From a virus, in UHGV virus genome UHGV-1341087: a stretch of DNA of 8,274 bases. One strand, 5' to 3'. Made by a program: the position numbers and the translations under genes. Shown here piece by piece: positions 1 to 6,994 of this stretch. The notes beneath the pieces were generated by a model. It had not been told where the DNA came from, made no database searches, and worked only from the letters and a program-made list of their open reading frames with translations. Within the stretch, counting starts at the first letter, position 1. The number at the start of each line of letters is the position of its first letter.

Positions 1-53
1 GCACCGTCATGGGGTGTCGGGGGTCGGAGGTTCAAATCCTCTCGTGCCGACCA
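1..53 (+). tRNA. proL: tRNA-Pro (anticodon GGG likely), 3' partial; the 5' ~24 nt lie upstream of the window
   Basis: T-arm GGAGG-TTCAAAT-CCTCT, acceptor 3' strand CGTGCCG, discriminator A and CCA end at 51-53; a GGG triplet sits in the apparent anticodon loop (11-13). From memory this matches the enterobacterial proL sequence; not verified by search. Confidence 0.78.
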
Positions 54-88
54 AATCGCTCATTATTAATTATCGTTTTTATGAAATA

Positions 89-122
89 AGCCCGCTAATT
101 CATTGAATAGCGGGTTTTTTTA
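89..122 (+). terminator. Rho-independent terminator downstream of the tRNA
   Basis: Stem AGCCCGCTA (89-97) pairing with TAGCGGGTT (108-116), 10-nt loop, followed by a T-run (115-121). Confidence 0.55.
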
Positions 123-173
123 TTGTTTTTAGTCATCGTTATTCGACGGTAACAGTGGTTTTCAGCCGTTTTT

Positions 174-230
174 TTTAGTTATATGTTTAGTTATACGGGC
201 TGGCGCATAGCTAAATCCGTATAACTAGAA
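174..230. repeat. Three copies of a 12-mer (TTTAGTTATACG-like) upstream of int; candidate integrase arm-type binding sites overlapping the int promoter region
   Basis: tttagttatatg (174-185) and tttagttatacg (186-197) in tandem, plus an inverted copy cgtataactaga (219-230), 30-90 bp upstream of the int start. Confidence 0.5.
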
Positions 231-259
231 CCTGTTTTTTCCCGTGGATTCATAAACGT

Positions 260-1504
260 ATGGCAAGAAAGGCGACCCCACTCACCACCACACAGATCAA
301 AGCAGCTAAACCAGCGGAAAAAGAATACACCTTACAGGATGGCGGCGGGCTTTTTCTCGTTATTAAGCCGTCTGGTTCGAAACTATGGCGATTCAACTAC
401 TATCGACCATCGAACAAAAAACGAACAATCATTAGTTTGGGATCGCTTGATGAAGTCTCCCTGGCTGATGCCAGAAAACGCCGTAGCGAGTACAGGACGT
501 TAATTGCGGCAGGAACCGACCCGCAGGAATACGAACGGCAAAAACTCGAAGCAGAGGCTCGACGACAGGGCAACACGTTCGAAAATGTGGCCGCATCGTG
601 GTACGAAATGAAAAAAAACCAGAATCTCGCCCACAATACGATCAAGGACATCTGGCGCTCGCTAGAGAAATATGTATTCCCGTATATCGGAAACACACCG
701 ATAGATACTCTCACCGCTCGCCGCTTTGTTGAGATACTCACACCCATCAAGGCGCGTGGCAACCTGGAAACACTGAAACGCGTTTTACAGCGCATCAATG
801 AAGTGATGGATTTTGCTGCCAACAGTGGACTGATTGACATCAACACCGCCGCGAACGTCCGCAAGGCATTCCCTTCCCCCACCAAAAAGCACATGCCAAC
901 TATTCGACCAGAGCAGTTGCCGCAACTTATGAACGATTTAACGATTGCCAGCATAGAACGACAAACCAAGTTGTTGATTGAGTGGCAGTTGTTAACCGCA
1001 ACCCGTCCAGCCGAAGCCTCCGCCGCACGGTGGGAAGAAATCAATCTTGAGGCGGCAACATGGACGATACCAGCCGGACGCATGAAGATGCGCCGTGACC
1101 ATGTGATCCCTCTTTGCACTCAGGCGATGGCAGTGCTTGAAGCCATGAAGCCGATTAGCGCACGAAGGGAGCATGTTTTCCCAAGTCTTAAAAATCCAGT
1201 GCAACCAATGAGCAGCCAGACAGCAAACGCAGCATTACGGCGAATGGGTTACGCTGGTGTGCTGGTATCTCACGGACTACGCGCAATATTCAGCACGGCG
1301 GCGAATGAGGAAGGATTTGAGCCTGACGTGATCGAAGCCGCACTAGCCCACGTAGACACAAACGAAGTTAGACGGGCATACAACCGAAGCAACTACCTGG
1401 AAAAACGTAAAGTGTTAATGTGCTGGTGGGGGAATTTTGTGGAAGCAGCCGCAACCGGAACAACCATCGCCAGCGGGCACAGGGGATTACGCGGAATAAA
1501 ATAA
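260..1504 (+). CDS. int: Tyrosine site-specific integrase, P4-type (N-terminal arm-binding domain plus catalytic domain)
   Basis: 414-aa ORF beside the tRNA 3' end. N-terminus (LTTTQIKAAKP..YTLQDGGGLFLVIKPSGSKLWRFNYY) is typical of P4-family integrases; C-terminus carries HGLRAIFST and RRAYNRSNYLEKR, consistent with the His/Arg/Tyr catalytic residues. Confidence 0.95.
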   Translation: MARKATPLTTTQIKAAKPAEKEYTLQDGGGLFLVIKPSGSKLWRFNYYRPSNKKRTIISLGSLDEVSLADARKRRSEYRTLIAAGTDPQEYERQKLEAEARRQGNTFENVAASWYEMKKNQNLAHNTIKDIWRSLEKYVFPYIGNTPIDTLTARRFVEILTPIKARGNLETLKRVLQRINEVMDFAANSGLIDINTAANVRKAFPSPTKKHMPTIRPEQLPQLMNDLTIASIERQTKLLIEWQLLTATRPAEASAARWEEINLEAATWTIPAGRMKMRRDHVIPLCTQAMAVLEAMKPISARREHVFPSLKNPVQPMSSQTANAALRRMGYAGVLVSHGLRAIFSTAANEEGFEPDVIEAALAHVDTNEVRRAYNRSNYLEKRKVLMCWWGNFVEAAATGTTIASGHRGLRGIK

Positions 1505-1530
1505 AATATTTAAAAATTATTGGTTCCTAA

Positions 1531-1700
1531 TTGACACCAACCAAGAGCCAATTTGGAGCCAATTTAAACCGCTTAGTTTTATGTTAGAAAAATACATTTA
1601 ACTTTCTAACGCCCATTATTTAAAGTTAGAAGAAAAATAATTAGTTTTTGCCAAATGGCTCTTGACTTACTTTTTTATAGATTTGTATTCTTTTTATATG
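1531..1700 (+). promoter_or_regulatory. int-alpA intergenic control region: tandem GAGCCAATTT repeats, GTTAGAA inverted/direct repeats, candidate sigma70 promoter
   Basis: TTGACA (1531-1536); gagccaattt twice (1545-1554, 1556-1565); GTTAGAAA (1583-1590) / TTTCTAAC (1603-1610) inverted repeat and a third GTTAGAAG (1624-1631); TTGACT (1662-1667) followed ~18 bp later by TATTCT (1686-1691). Promoter assignment is by eye only. Confidence 0.35.
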
Positions 1701-1763
1701 CTTCATGTGGTTACCGTCACTTTCATTCAAGAAGTGATATTTGCTGTCTTTAGGAGAAATAAG

Positions 1764-1955
1764 ATGAGAGCTATTCTTTTACGACCAGAGGTAAAGGCCT
1801 TGCTACGCATCAAGTCTGACTCGACCCTAACGGAGATGATTAACAAGGGCGGGTTCCCCAAAGGATTCCGTATCGGGCTGCGTCGCATTGGCTGGTATGA
1901 AGATGAGGTGCTCGCTTGGTTGAAAGAACGTGAGAGAGAAACTCGCGAAGCGTAA
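1764..1955 (+). CDS. alpA: AlpA/Vis-family small DNA-binding regulator (possible excisionase/transcriptional regulator)
   Basis: 63 aa from the ATG at 1764, preceded by an AGGAGA Shine-Dalgarno (1752-1757). Sequence (LLRPEVKALLRIKSDSTLTEMINKGGFPK..RRIGWYEDEVLAWL) fits the AlpA helix-turn-helix family. The longer 1662 start in the ORF track adds an implausible hydrophobic extension with no RBS. Confidence 0.85.
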   Translation: MRAILLRPEVKALLRIKSDSTLTEMINKGGFPKGFRIGLRRIGWYEDEVLAWLKERERETREA

Positions 1956-2014
1956 GCGTGATTAACGCTCGCCTGATTACTATCAAGCAACAAGACAATT
2001 AAGAGAGAACATTA

Positions 2015-2119
2015 TGAATACTGGCAAAAATGCCCAAACAGGGGCAGGTTTTCGTTCAACCATAAAAAATATGGCTGATGTTATTATTCAGTTCAAACCT
2101 TACGAAAGAATCAATTGAA
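2015..2119 (+). CDS. Possible 34-aa small ORF (MNTGKNAQTGAGFRSTIKNMADVIIQFKPYERIN)
   Basis: ATG at 2015 with AAGAGAG 6-12 nt upstream; below the ORF-track length cutoff; no recognisable family. May be non-coding leader instead. Confidence 0.25.
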
Positions 2120-2413
2120 CTAATCGCACTTCCGTTTTAAACGGAAACGTACAATCGCATAGCTTAAACGACAAAAGAAATATGCTTGTTACAAATAAAA
2201 TAAAGGCGACCGCAGAGGGCCGCCAGAGGACATGTATTAAACTTGAACGCATCGCTAACAATGCCACATTTGCGGCTGGTGGGCAAAGTAATTTGTATGG
2301 TGGACATACCATCAACACATCCGACCACATGAGCCGGAAAACGGGATATACTCACCGAATCCCTTATAAAACGGGGATCGGGATTACCACCCCGCTGAAG
2401 CAAAAGGCGATAC

Positions 2414-2436
2414 AGACGCGCCACGCGTCTTTTTTT
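2414..2436 (+). terminator. Strong rho-independent terminator inside the alpA-to-replication-operon leader
   Basis: Perfect 7-bp GC-rich stem AGACGCG (2414-2420) / CGCGTCT (2424-2430), loop CCA, then a run of T (2431-2436). Confidence 0.6.
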
Positions 2437-2600
2437 GTATCGACGCACACGCACACCTTATCAATGGTGGGCTGTATGGGGCTGACTTCGGTCAGGCTGG
2501 TTTCCTTTTGCGCCAGTTGTGGTAACCCTGTACAGTCCACCGCCAGCGAGCTTACCACCTCCTGCGGTGGGTATATCCCAACGCAAAAGGAGGCTGCCAA

Positions 2601-2789
2601 ATGGCTACTATCCCTGCCCTCGCACATACTCAGAACGCCTTTATCTGGCGCTTTATCATCGTTAATCCGAGTGATTCCCGCGTCGTTCACGTCGTGGCGT
2701 CAACCGAGCAGGAAGCGCGTAACCGTTGCCCGTCCGGCTGTGTTGCTGTATTCGCTGCCCGTATTCGTCAGGGGGTAAGTCATGCTTAA
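2601..2789 (+). CDS. Icd-like small protein (host cell division inhibitor Icd-like family, tentative)
   Basis: 62-aa ORF with a strong AAGGAGG RBS (2587-2593). The segment RVVHVVASTEQEARNRCPSGCVAVFAARIRQG resembles Icd-like proteins found in P4-like regions (from memory). Its stop overlaps the next ORF's start (ATGCTTAA). Confidence 0.65.
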   Translation: MATIPALAHTQNAFIWRFIIVNPSDSRVVHVVASTEQEARNRCPSGCVAVFAARIRQGVSHA

Positions 2790-2967
2790 GCGATTCCAGA
2801 TAACCGCACGCGCTGTAAATCATCAAGGCCACGTTATTGATATTCGGCAAAACGTGAACGCCACCTGCGTTAGTGCAGCTATAGAAATATTGAAAGAAGA
2901 GTTAATCGGCTGTGGGTTCACGCAGGTGATGATCCGTGTCGTAGTTGAAGTGTCGACTATTCATTAA
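2782..2967 (+). CDS. Hypothetical small protein, translationally coupled to the upstream ORF
   Basis: 61-aa ORF whose ATG lies 8 nt inside the end of the preceding ORF; same strand and operon context; no recognised motif. Confidence 0.55.
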   Translation: MLKRFQITARAVNHQGHVIDIRQNVNATCVSAAIEILKEELIGCGFTQVMIRVVVEVSTIH

Positions 2968-2996
2968 TTCAGCTTTAACAAAACGTAATTCGACAA

Positions 2997-3284
2997 ATGA
3001 AAGTAAAAAATTCTGGCTTTACTGCCAGCGGTAAAACTCGTCCTAAATTCATGCACGGCGATATTTACCGCGATAAATACGGCAGCACGGTAATGATTAA
3101 GGGCGTGAGTGAACGACGCATTACCTACCGCCGTGAAGGATACAAATATGACTGCGTGATGCCTGTTTATCAGTTCCAGCGTGATTTTACGCTGGTGGAT
3201 CATCGTGAAACCGTAAATCAGAACCGTGCAGCAAGATACATCCGCAAAATCCGCGAAATGATGGTTACTGGGGGCAAGAAATGA
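2997..3284 (+). CDS. Hypothetical basic protein, translationally coupled to the primase/helicase gene
   Basis: 95-aa ORF; its TGA stop overlaps the downstream ATG (ATGA at 3281-3284); weak RBS, so the exact start is uncertain (alternative ATGs at 3049 and 3093). Confidence 0.55.
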   Translation: MKVKNSGFTASGKTRPKFMHGDIYRDKYGSTVMIKGVSERRITYRREGYKYDCVMPVYQFQRDFTLVDHRETVNQNRAARYIRKIREMMVTGGKK

Positions 3285-5416
3285 AACGCGCACCGAACTT
3301 AAAGCACCAGCCAGCCGACAAAATGACGGAGGTTATCATTTTTGCGGGTAGTGATGCGTGGAGCCATGCGAAAGAGTGGCAGGAATGGGCAGGTAAGCAT
3401 ATTGCCGCCGACAATGTGCCGCCTGTCGTTCTGTCAGATGAACACCTGAAAGATATTACCGGTTATCAGATTATTGATGATAGCCGTCAGTGTGTGCGTG
3501 TTTACCGCGCAGGGCACATCACTGAACGTAGCCTTACACAGATCGTCACATTGCTGGCTGTGGCTGGCGTGAAGACCGTATACGAATATGCGGGAATAAC
3601 TGACACCAGCCCGGCGGATTTATCCGACCAGTTGCCTCGCCTCAAAGACGAATACGAGCGCGGGGAAAGTCTGGTGTTGCCCTTAAAGAAAAAAATCACA
3701 GAAAGCCAGGGCGATGATGAATTAAAACCCCGCGTTGAAAGTCGCGCCGATGGTGTTTTCTGGGTAACGCCCAAAGTTGACAAACAGTCAGGCGAAATTA
3801 TCCGGCCTGAGACGTGGTTATGTTCCCCGCTTGAACTACTGGGAACGGGAACAATCGGTAAAGAGCATTACCGCGTGATGCGCTGGAAAAAACCGGCAAA
3901 CCATGAATCCATCACAATGGCGATCCCGTGTGGTGGCATTGGCGACCGTGACGGCTGGCGGTTGCTTAAAGATCACGGCCTGAACGTGACAACAAACGGC
4001 AAATACAGGGCTATCCTGGCTGACTGGATGCAGTTAAGCGGAAACCATGAGGAATGGCAGTTAAGCACAACAACGGGGTGGCATTTTGGCGCGTACATCA
4101 TGCCGGACGGTTCAGTCATTGGTGAGTCTGAAAAACCGATCCTGTTTACCGGAAAAACGGCAGCCGTTAATGGTTATTCCGTAGCAGGAACGGCGGAGGG
4201 CTGGCGCGATACCGTGGCGCGACTGGCTGGTGGTAATCCGTCCATGATGCTGGGTGTGGCGGTATCGTTATCAGCACCATTAATCGGGCTGGTGGGCGCT
4301 GACGGCTTCGGGGTACATCTTTTCGAACAATCATCAGCAGGGAAAACCACCACACAGAACATAGCATCAAGTTTATGGGGAGAGCCGGACGCGCAACGGC
4401 TGACCTGGTACGGAACGGCGTTAGGTATCGCCAACGAGGCAGAGGCACACAACGACGGGCTGTTACCCCTAGATGAAATAGGCCAAGCCGGAAACGCACG
4501 GGAGGTGTCCACGTCGGCTTATACGCTGTTTAACGGTTCGGGGAAATTACAGGGGGCGAAGGACGGCGGCAACAGGGAGATCAAACACTGGCGCACGGTG
4601 GCAATCAGCACCGGAGAAATGGACGTTGAGACATTCCTCAAAACGGAGGGGATAAAAGTCAAAGCGGGGCAGCTTGTCCGCCTGCTTAACGTGCCGATGG
4701 AGAAGTCTACGCAGTATCACGAATACAGCACAGGAAAGGCGCACGCAGACGCGTTAAAAGCCGCCTGGACAGAAAACCACGGGGCGGCGGGTCGTGAATG
4801 GGTTAAATGGCTGGCAGCCCACCAGCAGGAGGCTAAGGACACGGTAAGGGCGTGTCGTGAACGGTGGCGCAACCTGATACCGGAGTGCTACGGCGAACAG
4901 GTTCATCGCGTGGGGGAACGATTCGCCATACTGGAGGCCGCGCTTGTGCTGTCCGGTCATGTTACGGGCTGGAATGTTCAGACGTGCCGTGATGCCATTC
5001 AGCATAACTTTAATGCCTGGGTGAAGGAGTTCGGCACGGGTAACAAGGAACACAGGCAGATTATTGAACAGGCAGAAGCATTTCTTACTGCCTACGGCAT
5101 GAGCAGGTTTGCGCCTGTCAATTATGACCCTGCAAGCCTGCCGATTTCAGAACTGTACGGCTACAGGGAAAGCGAGGGGCGTTACGGTGAGCCTGTTTTG
5201 TTTTACGTCCTGCCGGAGCCATTTAAATCGCATGTGGCGAAGGGATTTAACAAGGATGCCGTAGCAAGAGCCCTTCACGAAGCCGGAATGCTGAAAAAGC
5301 CAGCCAGCGGGGAAGGATGGCAAATCAGAACACCACGTCTTAAGCACATGAAGGGGGCACGACTAAGGGTGTACGGCCTTTTACTTGCACAGGATCATGA
5401 TGATGAAGGTGGTTAA
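3281..5416 (+). CDS. Replication protein, primase/helicase-like P-loop NTPase (toprim-like N-terminus plus DUF927-type P-loop domain; functional analogue of P4 alpha)
   Basis: 711-aa ORF. Walker A GADGFGVHLFEQSSAGKTTT (about nt 4325-4354) and Walker B-like LLPLDEIG (about 4459-4482); N-terminal EVIIFAGSDAW...IIDDSRQ resembles a degenerate toprim fold. Domain names are from recall, not from a search. Confidence 0.88.
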   Translation: MKRAPNLKHQPADKMTEVIIFAGSDAWSHAKEWQEWAGKHIAADNVPPVVLSDEHLKDITGYQIIDDSRQCVRVYRAGHITERSLTQIVTLLAVAGVKTVYEYAGITDTSPADLSDQLPRLKDEYERGESLVLPLKKKITESQGDDELKPRVESRADGVFWVTPKVDKQSGEIIRPETWLCSPLELLGTGTIGKEHYRVMRWKKPANHESITMAIPCGGIGDRDGWRLLKDHGLNVTTNGKYRAILADWMQLSGNHEEWQLSTTTGWHFGAYIMPDGSVIGESEKPILFTGKTAAVNGYSVAGTAEGWRDTVARLAGGNPSMMLGVAVSLSAPLIGLVGADGFGVHLFEQSSAGKTTTQNIASSLWGEPDAQRLTWYGTALGIANEAEAHNDGLLPLDEIGQAGNAREVSTSAYTLFNGSGKLQGAKDGGNREIKHWRTVAISTGEMDVETFLKTEGIKVKAGQLVRLLNVPMEKSTQYHEYSTGKAHADALKAAWTENHGAAGREWVKWLAAHQQEAKDTVRACRERWRNLIPECYGEQVHRVGERFAILEAALVLSGHVTGWNVQTCRDAIQHNFNAWVKEFGTGNKEHRQIIEQAEAFLTAYGMSRFAPVNYDPASLPISELYGYRESEGRYGEPVLFYVLPEPFKSHVAKGFNKDAVARALHEAGMLKKPASGEGWQIRTPRLKHMKGARLRVYGLLLAQDHDDEGG

Positions 5417-5441
5417 TCTCTCGCGTGTAGGTATAAAAACT

Positions 5442-5577
5442 CTTGTCCCACCTGTCCCAACCTGTGAAAAACACACATAACACACTGAATTATACTGGGT
5501 TACATCAGAAAAAGTGGGACAAGAGCGGGACAAGTTAAGGTGATTTTGGGACAAGTTAGGAGCATTTTGGGACAAGT
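5442..5577. repeat. Iteron-like array A: six copies of a TTGTCCCA(C) motif (2 direct, 4 inverted) around an AT-rich spacer
   Basis: cttgtcccac (5442-5451), ctgtcccaac (5452-5461); inverted gtgggacaag (5514-5523), cgggacaagt (5526-5535), tgggacaagt (5547-5556 and 5568-5577, 21 bp apart). Lies in the 235-bp gap between the primase and ssb genes. Confidence 0.6.
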
Positions 5578-5651
5578 CAGCAGGCGTTATTTTTACCTGG
5601 CTGGTGGACATTAAAAATCCAACCAACATTTAAAACCAGAGAGCAGACAAT

Positions 5652-6077
5652 ATGACGGCACAAATATCAGCTTACGGGCGGCTGGTGGCTGACCCGCAGT
5701 TAAAGACCACCAGCAAGGGAACACCAATGGCGCTGGTGAGTATGGCTGTTCCCCTTCCGTGCAGTCAGGCATATGACGGAACAGCGACGATGTGGTTATC
5801 CGTCCTGGCGTTTGGCAGACAGGCCGATGCGCTGGCAAAACACCAGAAAGGCGAACTGGTGAGCGTGGCGGGTAACATGCAGATAAGCCAGTGGACAGAC
5901 CAGAACGGGGAAATGCGACAGGGCTGGCAGGTCATCGCAGACAGCGTAATCAGTGCGCGAACCGTACGACCAGGAGGCAGGAAAGGACAGCAAGGGCAGG
6001 CTACTGACGCACTGAACAGGGCAAAGCAGCAGACGGGCCTGCAGGATGCCCCATATGAGGACGAAATACCATTTTAA
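5652..6077 (+). CDS. ssb: Single-stranded DNA-binding protein (SSB-like, short form)
   Basis: 141-aa ORF with an OB-fold-like N-terminal pattern (W..V..FG..A...KG..V...G....W.D..G..R) and a C-terminal acidic tail ending DAPYEDEIPF, matching the canonical SSB tail (...DDDIPF). Confidence 0.85.
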   Translation: MTAQISAYGRLVADPQLKTTSKGTPMALVSMAVPLPCSQAYDGTATMWLSVLAFGRQADALAKHQKGELVSVAGNMQISQWTDQNGEMRQGWQVIADSVISARTVRPGGRKGQQGQATDALNRAKQQTGLQDAPYEDEIPF

Positions 6078-6112
6078 CTGCCAGTGGATTCACTAACAGA
6101 GGCTAACAAATA

Positions 6113-6649
6113 ATGACTACACTGACTATTAGCAGAAAACCGAAAGGCATTTACGGCATACCACAGAAAAAGACACAGACGACACAGCAGCAGGATAAAA
6201 CCACATCAGCGCATAAAGTGATACCCGGCAATCAGAACGCACCGCAGAGCCGCAAACAGAAGCCCACAGGGGCGACACCGTGGCGGCATATGACCAAACG
6301 CCAGGGCAAAAACCGCAGGCGCGTTAACCGTCTTATTGAACTATGGCCTGAATTATTCAGCCTGGAATCACCGAAGCCGCTTAAGGTAGGGATATTTGAA
6401 GACCTGATACAGGATATTGCCGTCAGGGCGCTGGCTTTTGGGTCAGGGGCATTACGTGCGGCGCTAGCATCTTATGCTCATTCTCCGGGTTATTACCGTG
6501 CCTTAATGGCTGGTGGCGTGCGTTACGATCTGAATTGCCAGCCATGCGGTGAGGTGACACAACAGGAACAGCAGGACGCGGAAGCACGACTGATGGCACT
6601 GAAAGAGAAGCGCAAACGTAAGTCGAACAAGGAACAAGCTGGCGTATGA
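6113..6649 (+). CDS. FinO/ProQ-domain RNA chaperone-like protein
   Basis: 178-aa ORF with a K/R/Q-rich N-terminal extension followed by RVNRLIELWPELFSLESPKPLKVGIFEDL...YRALMAGGVRYDLNCQPCGEVTQQE, closely resembling the ProQ/FinO domain (compare ProQ ...KPLKIGIFQDL... RVDLDGNPCGEL...). Confidence 0.85.
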   Translation: MTTLTISRKPKGIYGIPQKKTQTTQQQDKTTSAHKVIPGNQNAPQSRKQKPTGATPWRHMTKRQGKNRRRVNRLIELWPELFSLESPKPLKVGIFEDLIQDIAVRALAFGSGALRAALASYAHSPGYYRALMAGGVRYDLNCQPCGEVTQQEQQDAEARLMALKEKRKRKSNKEQAGV

Positions 6650-6930
6650 GTATGATTCACGACAGTAAAGCGGAAGATCTGGAGGCTAAAGGCCTGTACC
6701 GGAGAGCGGCGACCCGATGGGCTGAGATCATGCAACAGGTGAACACCGATAAGGAGCGCGAACAGGCAGTAAAGCGTCGCGCGGAATGTATCCACAAGGC
6801 AGCACGTTCGCCCGTCATGCTGGATAATTTCGGGGGCTTGAGAGAGGCAGCAAACCGCACACAGGCGGATATGGGGATAGAAATCGCAAAATCTGTCTGG
6901 CGGAACTACCAGACAGACAAAGTTTTATAG
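6646..6930 (+). CDS. PerC-family-like small transcriptional regulator (tentative)
   Basis: 94-aa ORF whose start overlaps the finO-like stop (ATGA). The motif AEDLEAKGLYRRAATRWAEIM recalls PerC/Pch-type activators common in enterobacterial prophages; family assignment from memory only. Confidence 0.6.
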   Translation: MSMIHDSKAEDLEAKGLYRRAATRWAEIMQQVNTDKEREQAVKRRAECIHKAARSPVMLDNFGGLREAANRTQADMGIEIAKSVWRNYQTDKVL

Positions 6931-6994
6931 TGGCAGTTCTGCATTATTTTTGTGTTATTGAGTTGTAGAGCGTTTCAGGAGTTTTTTGAATCAC

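Noticed and set aside
400-1204. Minus-strand ORFs (239 and 70 aa) inside the integrase gene
   Set aside because: Entirely antisense to the well-supported integrase CDS; shadow ORFs.
1662-1763. N-terminal extension of alpA starting at the ATG at 1662 (97-aa version in the ORF track)
   Set aside because: The extension is hydrophobic and low-complexity and begins inside the candidate promoter; the ATG at 1764 has a near-consensus AGGAGA RBS and yields the expected ~63-aa AlpA-size protein.
1727-1993. 88-aa minus-strand ORF overlapping alpA
   Set aside because: Antisense to alpA with no supporting signals; shadow ORF.
2164-2690. Minus-strand ORFs (96 and 108 aa) in the leader region
   Set aside because: Antisense to an otherwise uniformly + strand operon, no RBS seen, and they contain the terminator palindrome; treated as chance ORFs.
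2182-2778. 198-aa + strand ORF spanning the leader region
   Set aside because: Ser/Thr-rich low-complexity translation, no RBS, reads straight through a strong intrinsic terminator (2414-2436) and overlaps the well-supported Icd-like ORF in another frame; most likely non-coding.
3502-5347. Several minus-strand ORFs (65-112 aa) within the primase/helicase gene
   Set aside because: Antisense to a long, motif-supported CDS; Pro/Arg-rich translations typical of shadow frames in GC-rich coding DNA.
5442-5577. Short repeats with regular ~21-bp spacing as a possible CRISPR array
   Set aside because: Repeat units are only 8-10 bp, occur in both orientations and lack CRISPR-size spacers; this is iteron/operator architecture, not CRISPR.
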